Assembly: GCA_951406725.2 (NCBI GenBank) | Contig: OX597821.1 | Coordinates: 2,046,001 to 2,110,000, forward strand | Direction: 5' to 3' | Origin: Octopus vulgaris | Lineage: Eukaryota | DNA length: 64,000 bases | In this document: positions 38,460 to 53,078 of the stretch, piece by piece | Position numbering within the stretch: position 1 is the stretch's first letter | How the letters are laid out: every line of letters starts with the position of its first letter | Made by a program: the position numbers and the translations under genes | The notes under the pieces: generated by a model | Database searches by the model: none | The model's input: the letters and a program-made list of their open reading frames with translations, nothing else | What the model was told of the DNA's origin: nothing

Positions 38460-40125
38460 CAACAGCTTCGTAATAGCACTATAAAAAGCAAATTGTTATA
38501 ACATTTACGGACAAAAAGCAGGCCAAACTGATCGATAATTGGAGGTAAATCTATTGCACGAAAGTATAAGGCTACACTACAGGCAACCTATAAGTTAACT
38601 GATATGCTGCAATGTATAGACTATACAGCATTGTCACATCAATAGGCTATCTAGAGGCTAATGTAAAATACTGCCCATTTATCATTTAAATTGTATGGGC
38701 ATTGTTAATAAAACTAAAATAATAAAACTAAAAATATGAAAATCACAAAGTCTAGGTTATATACTACGCGATGAAAATTATTGTTAAAGCTCTTCGCTAA
38801 AATATATTATGCATGCATTTGTGCTCACAGCCATGTTCTGCAAATATATCATACATATTTAACTTATGTATATGTGTGTATGTAAATATGCCTGCACGTG
38901 TTTATGGGAGAATATATTTATTACATCTTAGATATGTATGGATATTTTAACTTCCATTTACGCTGTATTCTCTATCATTATTCGTCGATTTTTTTTTATT
39001 TTATGACTAATCTATCAGAACTGCTGTGTTCTCTACAAATGCTTTTCCTAACTAGTTTTGTTCCATATATTGCAACATAGTAATACAGTGCAATTGCTCC
39101 TTCTAAGTGCAAAACAAACCGACAAGAAAGCGACAAAATTTATTGCAAATAGAAATGTTTGAGTCATGAAGTTTACAACTTATAGCTTGGCAATTATATT
39201 TGTAAATCATATTGGTCATTAGTCGCTTTTTACGTGTGCACACAAGAGAGACCAGTGATTAGTTATTAGTGGGGAAGTTTTAGTTTTGGCTTTTATCATA
39301 TTATTAGTGAAAAAAATGACTTTCTCTTTTATGTGTTTTTGATAATTAGTCCATCTGTTGTATACTTAATATGTATTTGATTCTTTTGTTTCATTGATTC
39401 AATATGCTGTATATGGTTTTTGCTGTCATTAATAGGTGTAGAACCTGATGTATTTATTACGTTGTATATGCACCTATATTGGTCTATAGCTTCGTCTCTT
39501 CGTTATTATTTTTTGAATACCAGTTGTTCGTTAGCGTTTGTTGCATTCAGTAGATTTAAACAGTACTTCATTTGTAGAGGAAAAACTAAATGCTCTTAAT
39601 AATAGAGATTTAATCACTAACACTTTCTAACTATTTAAACAATGTCTTTCTTCGTAGAAATACAGGAATTCGTTAATGTATTTAATGAAGAAAGTATGAT
39701 GCAGCTGCTTTATGTTATCCAAAAGTATATGTCTCAATATGGAGTTACTCTGTCTCTATTTAATTCGTGTACAAAGTTGTCTTGTTTCTTGGGCTTCCGC
39801 TAATCTGTCACAACATATACTGTGTCTGTTATGGCGACTGAATCGTTTAAGTTTCCTGTTTATGTCGCATATTAGTGTCTCGGCCGCAATTTCTTTCCTA
39901 TACCACTGCTAGAATCAATAATATTTCGATCAGTCCTAACTTAATACAAAGTGATAGCAACAGGAGTTAAAAATCCGTTTATTGAAAAAATGTGAATGCT
40001 AATATTTAGAAAAAGTGTTGGTAGACATAGAAAGTTTTCTCTTCCAATTAAACGGCTCTTAGCATGGATGCAGTCCAATAACCGAAACAAATAAAATAGT
40101 AAGGAAGTACAGCCATCATGAGATG

Positions 40126-40166
<41 letters not shown>

Positions 40167-40203
40167 TACATATATACATATATGTATACATATATATGTA
40201 TAT

Positions 40204-40236
<33 letters not shown>

Positions 40237-40303
40237 TATATGTATACATATATATGTATACACACATATATACATATATATATATATATATATACATATA
40301 TAT

Positions 40304-40336
<33 letters not shown>

Positions 40337-42672
40337 ATCTATCATCGCCAAATATGCAAACCTAAACCAAACTGTAAATAGCTTATCATTGACGAATATA
40401 TATTTACAACAATAGATCTATTTCGTATTTAGATAGATTTTATCATCTACGTTGGCATGGTGTTTGAAATTCCTACTGTACAATTAAGCTAATGTGGAAT
40501 ATTTAACCTTTGTTTTGCGGAATTCAAGGGTGAAGTATTTAACTGAACGGATATGAGTGCAGGCACATTTCTCTAGTTCAAAATATCGAAATAATTGGAT
40601 TAGCTATTAAGCTTGCTCGCAGAAGAAAGAAAAACTGAGGGTACATCTAAGTGCAAATGTTTTCGGAGAAGATTTATTTTTTCCGCCTCGTGGAAACGAA
40701 GAATGTTTGGAAAACTTGTAAGAAGAAGAAGGTCATTCTTCAGAATTAACATTGTATTCTTCTGTATCAATGACCCAAGCAATTTCAGAGAGCTAATGTT
40801 ATTTAACTATGTACGTAAGATTTAGACGTTGAGACAACCACATCAGAAAACGGTTTCATTGAACCGACTAACACGATTCAAGTCATCACTTTACACAAAA
40901 CTAAATTATAATAATTTAGTGTCTGATATCAGATATTTTCATTATTTCTCGAATAAAGGGGTTGGTGGAATATATGAGAATCTTGTTCTTTAGTTTAGAA
41001 GCACATTGAAAAACTTAAAATAATGCTAGAATTATTAGAAAATTTGTGAAATATCTCTACGGGAATATTCCTGCTGTGAAGCCACAAAGCAAAGTGGAAA
41101 GAGATACAAACATCAAGTGAGGAACTTTGAGTTTGCAATTCTAACTATTACGAGTACCATACACCAGAAACGCGTGTGTGTATACAACTTGGCAGTAGTT
41201 TCGTAGCGGGAGTTACTACAATTAAATTTCAGACAATGTCGAAGTGAATTACGGATACAAGCTCCTTATTTTTATGGTTAAAAGTTTAGAAAGTTCATTA
41301 TAAACTATTAACGCTTCTCCTCCTGCCAATGTAACGAGCTTTGCGCTTATTTTACGAAGGGAAACGAAGCAAAATGTTAACATATGTCACTTCAGTAAAT
41401 GTCGTCATCTGCACCAATGATGCATTCTCGCTATTGATCCATTAGAGCGAATTTTACTGTCGTATATAACCTGCGTGTTTTTTTTTTTGAAGCGTGTTCA
41501 TGTGAGTGAAAATTTACATTCACCAATCCAAAGAAGCATCATGTCCTCTGATATTTAAGTACCAAACTGTATTTGTTAAATGTGTTCGGAAGCAAAAATA
41601 AAAAAAAGATATTTCTCTCTACCTGTTTTAATGGTGCTTCCTCTTTGGGGATACACATATGAAAGAACTTGTCAATTTTCTAGTTTTTATTTTTATTTTT
41701 ACTACACATTTTTAGATGTGATATTTATTGTACCTTCCTGATGTTCCCCTATCACTCACCAACCACTTTTAACATGTTTGTGTACAGCACTATACGTTTG
41801 AGTCAATTTAGGTTTTGCTTGCCGAATTTTAATATTACTACAATATTTTTTTTTATATCATTACGGTCTCCATCACTGTTCGTGTTGTTGTCATTATCAC
41901 ATGTGTCCGCATTACTGTTATTACAATTTCTTTTTGTTATTAGCATCGTTATCTAACTACTATTGACGGTGTTATTATTAATGGTAGAAATATTATTGCT
42001 ATTTGAGCAAGACCCTAAAACAAAATGAAAGAAGAAGTATGTCACCGATGATATTAGGACGACCTTCTTTCGTAAGCACAGTCGCCACATTGAAATGCAT
42101 TTATGATGCAAATGCAGAAACTAATGATAGATAACAGAACCGAAACCATAACGAAGGGGACCTATTAACCAATATATACCATATATGAACAGTTAAATTC
42201 AGTTTATTTAGTTATGGTATTAAATAGAAATAATACATATCTAAATATCTCAGAGAGATTTAGGCAGTAGTGGTACGATAAAGTAGTTGTATGCTGGTCA
42301 ACTAAATAGCAGTAGTATGATTCCCTTCATGGGACTGTCACACTAAGTTAACAGTACACAACTAAGTTTTGGTATTGTTCACAATAAAGTGTCAAAAATC
42401 CTCCACTGTTTAATTCCATGAGAAAATTAAAACCAGTTCAATTCTATTAGGAATATATTTCAACATGTAAACGCTGTTCCCTTCAATTTGTCAAGGAGAA
42501 GAAATTTCTCGTTCAAGACAAAACGGCGATAGAACACCGTAGTCAATTTTTGATGAATGCGTTTCTCACTACATAACTCTCTTCAGTACCAGAAACGAAG
42601 AGGCAACTTTGAGCTGACTATAAAGCTTTCCTTCTTTTATCGTCAATCAGTCAATATTACTGACGGATGGTT

Positions 42673-42885
42673 AAGGCGGTGAGATGGCGGAATCATTAGC
42701 ACGCCGCGCAAAATGTTTAATCGCATTTCCTCTGTTTTTAAGTTCTGAGTTCAAATTCCGACGAGGTCGATCTTGCCTTTCATTTTTTTGAGGATCGATA
42801 AAATAAGTATTAGTTGAGCACTGGGGTCGATGTAATCGATATATCCCCTAAATTACTGGCACTGCAGCAAAATTTTAAATCCCTA
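42673..42885 (+). mobile_element. SINE family C monomer (further decayed minus-strand copies at ~22830-23000, ~44790-44930 and ~46945-47118; plus-strand fragment at ~60235-60340)
   Basis: AAGGCGGTGAGATGGCGGAATC head and core match. Confidence 0.75.
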
Positions 42886-44305
42886 TTAATGACGGTTGGT
42901 GTATATTTCCTCTGTCTTTAAACTTCATACACGGTAATGCTACCTTTGCTCATGTTATTATAAATTGGTTTATAGCACCAGTTCAGAGTTGATCGATAGC
43001 GTTACATCCATGACCATCCTATCTATTTGTCATCTACCGTAATATATCACAGACTGATATTTTCGAAAGTACGATTTCATAACTATATGCGCTTAAATTG
43101 GGATTTGGTTGTTATTTCTAGCTGTCCGAACGTTTACAATTGCAGCTGCGTCGTTGTTTCTGAGAACTGGCAGTCATTAGATGAGTTACCTACTGATTTA
43201 AATTCCATTGTTGTTATTGGTTACGGACAGATCGATAATCTCCCTCCACATCGCCAAGTGATATTTTAGCTCCAAAGTGAAAGAGATTCCATCCTTCCGG
43301 AGCTTTTAGTTATCGTTTATGACTACTTATCGCTGTAATCATCCACTCATTAGGGCACGTGACCGGAAGACTGTGATAATTTCAGAGGGCGGATGTATGA
43401 AAAGAGAAATGAAACTGATTCCAGGTGTGAGCAGGTTAGAGAAAGGACAATAGAACCGAGTCAATTATTCGCTGTCTGCGTGTAAAATATCTGATGGAAG
43501 CGATTAATTTAAAATGCTTTACAATAAATTGATATTCAAAGCACTGTCTGTGGATAGGAAAGACAAGTGCATATAAATTTTATTCCTGTAATAAACATAA
43601 ATTGGGACAGAGACATTAGCGAGAAGTCGTGCATTTTGTTACGGTTTCAAATTCGTTGCCACATATAAAATAAAAAAAAAAATTGATTGAACCCTTTAAT
43701 TTTCACTTATACGGTAATGATATTCTATGCACTGGATTCGAAAAGAGAATGGCAGCAATAATCATATTCGTGTAATAGAGAAAGATTGTTAGAGATATGA
43801 TTAACTGAAGTTGTTATATTGGCGAAGAAGAATAAAATCTGCTCCGACATCAAATATTCTTAATATACTATACTGAAGGGGTTTCTTCTAATAGATTATA
43901 GACTCTCTCCAGGGAAGATATCTCTCTCAACTACTTTATACGGTTAAACACGAATTAACAGTGAATATATAATCGGACTAAATTTTAGGGTCTATGGCAT
44001 ATTACCGTATATGTTCGTGTAAAATATGAGATTTTCATTCATAGTTTTAATATCTGACTATGGCAAGGATACTAGTTTTGACCGTTAGAATGTTGAGATG
44101 CAGTTCAAAGTATTGAGTCAGTTGCTGGACATCAAATTACACCAGATCATTAAAGAGACAGGAAATGAAATTAAACACAAAGAGAAACATAGTATGGTAT
44201 AAAAACACAAATAATCTAACTCATGTAAGAAATAATTAGGGTACATTAATTGTAAATATTTTTCGATTATGTATTCAAAGATTTCGTAAGTTTTGAATAT
44301 ATGCA

Positions 44306-44735
44306 TACCTACCTACCTACCTACCTACCTACCTACCTACCTACATAACCTACCTATCTATATATTTACTTACCTACCGACCTATCTACATACCTACCCA
44401 CTTACCAACCAACCAACCTACCTAGCTACCAATCTGCTTACCTACCTACCTACCTACCTACCTACCTACCTACCTAGCTACCTACCTACCTACCTACCTA
44501 GCTACCTACCTAGCTACCTACCTAGCTACCTACCTACCTACCTAGCTATCTACCTACCTACCTACCTACCTACCTAGCCACCTACCTATCCACCTACCTA
44601 CCTACCTACCTACCTACCTACCTACCTACCTACCTACCTACCTACCTACCTACTATCTACCTACCTACTTACCTACCGACTTACCTACCTATCTAGTTAT
44701 CTACCTTCGTACCTACCTCCGACTTACCTACCTCC
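44306..44735. repeat. Degenerate (CCTA)n array of ~430 bp
   Basis: Direct reading. Confidence 0.97.
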
Positions 44736-46016
44736 GTCCCTACATTCAAACATCCCTACATACGTACATATATCAATATTCGTTTCAAATTTCAGCACAA
44801 GGCCAGTAGTTCTGATGGGGAGCGAGTAATTCGATTACATCGAGCGCAATGCTCAATTGATACTTATGTTATCGAATCTGAAACGATGAAAGGCAATGTC
44901 GAGCTTGGCGGAATTTGTACTCAGGGCGTATACACAAACACACACACACAAACATACACATAAGCAGTAAAAAGAAAAACTCGCAAAACTTTCTCATACA
45001 AACACAAAACTCTCTCACACACACACAAACACACACAAATACACAAACACATACATACACACAAACACACACAATCCCACACATACATACAAAAGAAAAC
45101 AGCACTAAAACACACACACCTCTGCAAACACACACAAACACCCACACATACACAAATATACATAGGCACAAAAGAAAACATCGCAAAAATACAAACACAC
45201 GCGTGTTTTGCCCGCCTTGGTGATAGCTAATGTTCACAGGAGTTCATAGATCTTGATAGTGCTCTGTAGTCCTTTTAAAACTCCAAACTTGTCCGGCTTA
45301 TTTAGAGCTATAATTACTGGATACAGAACTAATTTCTTCAGCACCAATAATAAGAAGTCAAGCGTCAAAGTCTTAGAAATGCCATGTCTAACTGTATTGG
45401 TGATACTGTAACGTCCAATAACATAGTCACAATGTTAAATGCATTTCATTAACGTAACATTTATAGTTATGATGTTCCTTCGACCAAAACATATCTATTG
45501 TTAGACTAATTTTCTACACGCGAGACGTGGCATTTTAAAAATATTTATCCCACAAACTACGGAAAAGGATTCGATCTTTGCTCGATTTGACGCTTTATTC
45601 AAATAGTATAAACGTTTCGTTTTTGGATTTGGTTTACACCATTCTTGATGTGACTCCGTGTGTTGAAGCATATTTTGTTGTGTCTGGAGAGAGTCACAAA
45701 CACACACATACATGCATATATACATATGAATATGCGCACACATACTGACCAACACACATGTGCACAAACAAAAAGAAAGAACGTAGCTCGGATAACGAAT
45801 CGAGTCAACGACTATTGAACAGGTTGCAAGATACAACGAAAATTTTAGAAACAATAAAGAAATAAATGAGTGGAAACTGAACCGGTGCGTGTGTTAAATG
45901 ATAAGGCACTAAAAGAGAATGACTCTCCCTTGATACAACAAAGTATAAACATTATCTATCAAATTTGAACCTATATTTTAGTCTTTCGTCTAAAGCTGAA
46001 AATACTCCATTCTACT

Positions 46017-46241
46017 GTGAGGACATTTTTATAAATAAACATTGAAGCGCTGAGTGAGTATCTTAGAAACGAAGAAAATCTCGAACGCGCGAGAGTAGTC
46101 GCGTAAAGAGCTTAGATCATCGAGTAAGAAACCCTTATATGCGAAAAAACATGGCGAGCAATGAGCTGCCGAGATTCTTCCGTTTCTAAATTATCGGCTC
46201 ACTCGGTCATTCAATGTTTGTTTATAAAAATCTTGTCTCAT
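46017..46241. mobile_element. Old MITE-like inverted-repeat element
   Basis: ATTTTTATAAATAAACATTGAA..TGAGTGAG..TTAGAAACG..ATCTCG mirrors CGAGAT..CGTTTCTAA..CTCACTCG..TTCAATGTTTGTTTATAAAAAT. Confidence 0.6.
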
Positions 46242-46426
46242 ATTAAAAGCTATTATTTACCGTTTCAAAATATGGGATTAGTTGTCAGGGGTCGTTGACC
46301 CCAACAATTCAAATCATTCAACTGGTATTTGAGAAGTACGTGCTTCGATGATGTTCTGCAACGGTTTGCTGGGAACTTTAATCCGTTTCTAAGGTTATTT
46401 TACCCGATTTTCTAAGCCTTTTCCAG

Positions 46427-46886
46427 AGGCGCAGGAGTGGCTGCGTGGTAAGTAGCTTGCTTACATGATTCCGGGGTTAGTCCCACTGGGTCGCATCTTG
46501 GGCGAGTATCTTCTACTATAGCCTCGGGCCGACCAAAGCCTTTTGAGTGGATTTGTTAGACGAAAACTGAAAGAAGCCTGTCGTATATATGTATATATAT
46601 ATATATATATGTGTGTGTGCGTGTGTGTGTGTGTGTGTATGTGTGTGGGTGTGTGTGTGTATATGTTTGTGTGTCTGTGTTTGTCCTCCTAGCATTGCTT
46701 GACAACCGATGCTGGTGTGTTTATGTCCCCGTCACTTAGCGGTTCGGCAAAATAGACCTATAGAATAAGTACTAGGCGTACAAAGAATAAGTCCAGGTGT
46801 CGATTTGTTCGACTAAAAGTGGTGCTCCAGCATGGCCATAGTCAAATGACTGAAACAAGTAAACGAGCAAAATAAGAGTAAAAGAG
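46427..46886 (+). mobile_element. SINE family A
   Basis: Full-length match. Confidence 0.9.
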
Positions 46887-47220
46887 TTATTCTCCCGCGT
46901 TCGGGATTTCCTTCATTTCTAGAATACTATGTCAATATTTTTGCAAAGCTTGGAATTTTGGATGAGGGAGCAAAGCGATTATATCCACCATAGTATTATC
47001 TTACATCATCCCGAAAAGATGAAAGTCAAAGCCGATTTTGATCTCAAAACGTAGAATAATAAATGAAGTTCAGCGTTTTTATCCGGCGTGCTAACAATTC
47101 GGCTACTTCGCTGCTTTAATGCTGAAAAAATAAAAGACAGGATAGAGAGAAAATTGCGCTGCAAGCAACTTGAAATCTATTGGTGAGGCATGGTTGTGTA
47201 CACTGTAGAAATCAACAAGA

Positions 47221-47590
47221 CGAAATACTTAGCGGTATTTCGTCTGCCGTTACGTTCTGAGTTCAAATTCCGCCGAGGTTGACTTTGCCTTTCATCCTTT
47301 CGGGGTCGATAAATTAAGTACCAGTTATGCACTGGGGTCGATATAATCGACCTAATCCCTTTGTCAGTACTTGTTTGTCCTCTCTGGGTTTAGCCCCTTG
47401 TGGGTAGTAAAGAAATAAGTATTTCGCCAGCCGTTACGTTCTGAGTTCAAATTCCGCCGAGGTCGACTTTGCCTTTCATCATTTCGGGGTCGATAAAATA
47501 AGCACCAATTGAACACTGGAGACGATGTAATCGACTCATCCTTTCCCCAAAAATTACTGCCCTTGTGGAAAATTTGAAGCCGTGATTAGA
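47221..47590 (+). mobile_element. SINE family C, dimeric
   Basis: Near-identical to 30930-31240, including the unit junction. Confidence 0.85.
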
Positions 47591-48153
47591 ATATAGATTA
47601 AAGATAATGTGGAAACAGTACATATATATTAAAAAAGACCCATCGACTGAAGCAAAATAATGCCTTGTATTAAAACACAATTTCAAGAACTTGGTTACCT
47701 TTAACAGGATGGTTGGCTGAAAAGAAAAGGATATAATAAAAAAGGCACTAGAAGGAAAAACAAGAAGGTATTATTGGTGATGGTAGCCTTCATTATAATG
47801 ACGATGGGGAGGCTGGCGAAGATGACAACGACATAAGGACCACGATGATGATGATAATGGTGATAGGAAAGATGACGGACTTTATGATGGTTGAAAGTAA
47901 CATCCGCGACACACAAACAGTATTTACATTAGCGCCAGTGTAGTTTGTGGATGGTGTCCAGACGAAATGTTACGTCAACAATCGAGTGTTTCAAGATGTG
48001 AATAATATTAATGGTTTCTTAAGTTTATTTTCACAAGGAAACACAGCAAACAGAAAACGCTAGAATATCCCCTTCAACAGATAAATAAAAAAATAAAATG
48101 AAATGAAACGAAAATAAACAAACGCACGCGTTCATACATCAATATGCTATACA

Positions 48154-48218
<65 letters not shown>

Positions 48219-48440
48219 GAAGATACATAATATATAAATACACACACATATATATGAAGATAATATTTATATATATGTATACAGGAAAATGCACATGGGC
48301 ACACAAGAATATACGCACATATATTACATACAAGCACATATAATACAGGCTTGCATATGTAGATATGTGTATATCTATATCTATATCTATATCTATCTAT
48401 CTATCTATCTATCTCTCTCTCTATATATATATATATCTAT

Positions 48441-48965
48441 ATGGTAAATGTTTTTGATTTTCACTCTCTCCCTTTTTGTGTCTCTAGCACTAAGCTTCCT
48501 TATTTGGGAGCCTTTTATTATTTTATTATATTTCTATGTGAATATTTTGTCTAATGACTAATTCGTCTTTTGTGCTAAGCCACTGGCAATAATAACCAAT
48601 GTTATTACCCTTTTTCATTATGTTCACATATTACTTGATAAATTTCTTCGTAAATTTTTTTACCGGCATGCCGTATGTCGCCTGGTATATTTTGCGTCGG
48701 CGCAGAGGTTTGAAAAGTTAAGATATACAAATTGTTAGATCGACATGTGCTCTAATGCTCTGTGCATCTAGAATTAGGAAGGCGTCCCGCTGACGAACCT
48801 TGCCTTGGCAAACATATTCTGTCTGTTTTGCTAGAAAGAGGTAGAAACTGATCAGTCCGGGATATATCGTCAATGGTAAATGTTTTTGAATTTCACTCTC
48901 TCCATGAATTTATCCATTTTTGTGTCTCTAGCACTAAGCTTCCTTATTTGGGAGCCTTTTTATTA
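48441..48965 (+). mobile_element. Retrozyme-like or solo pLTR non-coding element with terminal direct repeats (period ~432 nt)
   Basis: 48441-48520 is repeated at 48873-48965 (ATGGTAAATGTTTTTGA...GGGAGCCTTTT(T)ATTA; the 3' copy has a ~12-nt insertion). The HHR sits just upstream of the 3' copy. TA runs on both sides. No meaningful ORF. Confidence 0.75.
48784..48863 (+). ncRNA. Type I hammerhead ribozyme inside a direct-repeat element
   Basis: GTCCCG-CTGACGA-ACCT...(internal hairpin)...AGGT a-GAA-ACTGATCAGT-C-CGGGAT. Perfect 10-nt palindromic stem III. Predicted cleavage after 48857. Confidence 0.82.
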
Positions 48966-49222
48966 TATATATACATATATATATGTATATATATATATAA
49001 ATTTAAAAATAAGAAATTATCAGTAGTTAGCGTGAAAAATCTCGTAAGAGAAAAAATCTGTAAATTTTTTCAACTTTGAAAATACTTATTTTATAATATA
49101 TAGAGGGTACTATTATTCATAGGTACCGCACACTAGGAGGGACTTTTGCAGTCAAACTACTAAGATAAGCAAATTGTACCGAATGCAAAACCTCAAAGCG
49201 AGTCATTTAAAAAGAGAATTTA

Positions 49223-49286
49223 GTTACATATCACCTGTGATTTCGCAATCAATGCAGAATATGCATTCTATGCTCTTCAGTGCAAC
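49223..49286 (-). ncRNA. Canonical type I hammerhead ribozyme
   Basis: Minus strand: GTTGCA-CTGAAGA-GCA tag AATGCA tattc TGCATT gat TGC-GAA-ATCAC ag GTGAT-A-TGTAAC. AUA triplet. Confidence 0.85.
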
Positions 49287-49440
49287 GAACTCAAGACATG
49301 TAAGAAAAAACACAACATCACAACATCACAAAGGCAAGTTGTCACCGAAATGCATTGCGAAAAACCCCGCCATTTTCATAGATATGTAAAGATAAACATT
49401 CGTTCATGCTGCGGCGAATTCTACGGCTGGTTGTCGGCAA

Positions 49441-49738
49441 CTCGACCCCGGGACATATTCTTTGTAAGCCCAGTACTTATTCTATCGGGGTCTTTTGCCG
49501 AACCGCTAACACACCAGCATCGGTTGTCAAGCAATGCTAGGGGGACAAACACAGACACACAAATATACACGCACATACATATATATATATACACGACGGG
49601 CTTTTTTCAGTTTCCGTCTACCAAATCCACTCACAAGGCTTTAGTCGGCCCGAGGCTATAGTGGAAGACACTTGCCCAAGATTCCACGCAATGGGACTGA
49701 ATTCGGAACCATGTGGTCGGTACCACACAGCCACTCCT
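49441..49738 (-). mobile_element. SINE family A, 3'-truncated
   Basis: Reverse-complement match. Confidence 0.85.
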
Positions 49739-49817
49739 TTCAAAATGTGACCTCGTGTGTACCGTTGGCGACTTTTTTCCCTGTATCTTCCCTTCTCTGA
49801 ATCTTTCCTTCTCCTAT

Positions 49818-49853
49818 GTTTCCGAGGAAGAGCTCCGCTCGAAACGTTAGACC
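49818..49853 (+). ncRNA. Hammerhead-like motif (U4>C) in a pyrimidine-rich PLE-like tail ending at (TA)n
   Basis: ttt-CcGAGGA-a GAGC tcc GCTC-GAA-ACGT-T-aga. The tail runs to (TA)n at ~49951. Confidence 0.55.
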
Positions 49854-49946
49854 CTCCTTCTTTCCTTCTTTCCTGAGCGTCCAATAATACTATATTTGTT
49901 CCACGACCTCGCGTTGTTGTGTTTTGTTGTGCTTTCTTGTTTAGAT

Positions 49947-49995
<49 letters not shown>

Positions 49996-50932
49996 GTATG
50001 TGTGTATATAAACATATATTGTATCTGTGTAAGTGTATATGCGCGTGTGTGGTTATAGACGTATATGAACACAGGCACATACACAAATATACGTATATTT
50101 TCTCAAGTGTTAAACACTGTATTTGTTTCAGCATTGGTCTTTTTTAGCGTTTATAGATCGTACATCATTACATATGCATAATCGTTTGTGTATGTGCATG
50201 CACCTGTGCACTCGAGCGCACACACACACAACTATCTATCTCTCTATCTATCTATCTATATATCTATCTATCTATATATCTATCTATCATAGTTAACGTA
50301 TACACACGGTCCACAGGCCAGTTACTGCAGTATTGGTTCTATGTTACTATCTCTTATGGACTTGATGTCTTAAACACATAATAAAGAAAAGTTACAGAGT
50401 GAGATAAAGGAAAAAGAAACCCTTATAGCAGCGGCCATATTGTATACCACGTGCATTTCATCAATTTCTGAGTCTTTTAAATGATGCGTACTCGCCACAA
50501 GTCACATGCTTAGACATGAATTGTTAGCTTTCATATATGGAAATAATGAAACCACTGATTATATGAATAATTATCCGGCTGATTAAATATCGAGTATCCG
50601 TAATTAATCAGTATTTAAACAAAATAGTCAAAGAAAACCTTCACTGATCCAATTGAAATTTTTTGTACTTTTACGTCGGTTGACATACTTCTAGGGGTAT
50701 GCATCTATTCATGATATACATTTGTATGTATGCATGTCATTATTTACATTTATTTCGAAATTTCTTGCCAATAGGGAAAGAGCAAGTTTCTTACTTTCAT
50801 CAACTGAGTATTTGTAGACATTTGTGCGTATGTGTACAATACTTGGTGGGAGTGCATTCGCGCGGACTTGTATGTAATGTTTCTTTGTATGTATTCTGAT
50901 GTATACAGTAGTATGCCTACAAGGACATGTAC

Positions 50933-51850
50933 TTAACTTCTAAACTTTTGCGAAGCTGTGCACATTTTGACAGTCCGAGTGATGGCTTGTCTCTGTAATC
51001 TTCTAATTAACTTTCTCTTTTCTGATTTATAGAATACGAATAGTATTTATAGAATAGTATGTAACATACTGTGGAGGCAGTATGTTACATATCTCAGTGC
51101 AATACTTACAAGTGCAAATCAGAACTTGTAATCCGGTTAGAATAGCTGTGAATGTCTCAGTAGTTTGTTGGTGGTGTTTCCTTACGTAATGATCATTAGC
51201 TTTACGTTGACATCCGTTGTGCAACTGATTTCTCCTAACGTACACAATTGTCATTCTCGGTCACAAATTACTATGTCTGGTCTCTTGTATGTGCATTTAA
51301 TTGTGGTTTTCACTGGGACATTCCCCCATTGCTCTTTCTTAATATGATCTGTGGATTCATATTCCTCTGGTTTTCAGGATAATCCTTCTGGTGGATTTCA
51401 GTGTATTCTGTCTAAACTACAGCATCATGTTTCATCGGTAAATAATAACGTGATAATATTTTAGGATAACTGCATATACTGCAGGTAATATTTTCCGTAG
51501 TAAATCTACAATGCCTGCTTTCTATATCACATTTTGGTGTATTTCTGCATCGTTCTGTTTTGGATTTCTAAACAAAAACCCTTCAAAATGAGAAATAATG
51601 ATACACTTGTTGGTTCACTGTAAAGACATTTGTTTATAAAGCTTGCTACAATCTTGGAAATTTCTGCTAACATACCGAAATAAAATCTTTTTATGATATG
51701 CACCCATCATATCATTAGATATTATTTGGCATTAGAGTCATGCAAGATTTTTAGGCATGTATTCAAGGTCATCAAACGGAATATTTCTCGAAGAGCTGCT
51801 TTACAAATCTCATGGCATCTGCTTCGTATATGCAAACTTGAGCAACGGAT
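50933..51850 (-). pseudogene. Old RLE-type (R4/Dong-like) LINE 3' remnant with stops and frameshifts
   Basis: Manual minus-strand translation: SHFEGF..., SRYYLPMKHDAVV, VKTTIKCTYKRPDIVICDRE*QLCTLGEISC, PDYKF, EKRKLIRRLQRQAITRTVKMC...QKF. Confidence 0.7.
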
Positions 51851-52280
51851 GTACTTCTATAGTTAGTGTTTGAAAGATGTTTCTCAAGGGAATTATTATA
51901 AATCTTCCACTGAGGAGGGAGCCGGTTTCCAGCAGAGATATTGAGAAGTAGTTAACACAGACAAATTCACATTTGGAACTTGAGAAAAGTCTTGCACATT
52001 TTTACTGTTCAATTCGCAGTTTGGACTTGTAATTTACGAATCAGCCTGTGTGTATGTATGTACGATGTATGTATGTTTGATGTGTGTATGTATTATGCAT
52101 GTTTGTATGTACACGTGAGAGTGTATGCGTTTTTGTATATATAAGAATGTAACGTATACCAATGACACTATGTTTCTAGTGCCATGTCTTCTTCCAGACC
52201 CATTATTCCTCTACAACTATTTATATTGTTACATGCTGACAATATACTTTATAGTTTCGAGCTATTTGTGTCATTTCATT

Positions 52281-52292
52281 TATTATTATTAA

Positions 52293-52355
<63 letters not shown>

Positions 52356-52437
52356 CATCATCGTTATCATCATCATCATCGTTATCATTATTATTATTAT
52401 CGTTATTGTTGTTGTTATTATTATAATTATTATTATT
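52281..52437. repeat. (ATT)n/(ATC)n microsatellite
   Basis: Direct reading. Confidence 0.97.
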
Positions 52438-52949
52438 GCCTTTCTATGGCTTTGGTTTCTTATCTCTTCTCTTTGTTTAACTTACACCGAGTGTTCACTT
52501 CGTATTTTTTTATGAAAACCTTGAAATATCGAAGTGTGTTTATGCGTGCCTGTGTATCAGTGCGTATGTGTACACGTATATCTATATATATATATGCACA
52601 TTTATGTATGCGTGTGTGATTGTGTGAGCGTGAATAAGTATAAATGTATATGAATTCATACACACATTTACAGAAGATATATCTACACACACAAAATCGT
52701 AGTTGTGTGTGTGTCTCTCTCTTTGTGTTGGTATCTTTTTTCTGTGTATGCGTCTAAATGCGTGTTTACCTGTGCCTGTGTGGGCATTTAGGACATTTAT
52801 TTACCGCTCAAAAACGCATACAGATAACTTAAAGGCGGTTCGAATATAAGAGAAATAGAGATGAAATAAATTGATCAATGAAATATATTCACAAAAAGAA
52901 ATAGAGAACCGCCACACTGAAGAAAAGACAACGAAAAGGAGAGAGAGTG

Positions 52950-52998
<49 letters not shown>

Positions 52999-53014
52999 AA
53001 CAGAGGGAACGAGA

Positions 53015-53078
<64 letters not shown>

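Noticed and set aside
42552-42592. Minus-strand CTGAAGA...GAAACGCATTC
   Set aside because: None of the three stems pairs. Chance match.
44306-44735. (CCTA)n array as a telomeric repeat
   Set aside because: The unit is the 4-mer TAGG, not TTAGG or TTAGGG. Ordinary tetranucleotide microsatellite.
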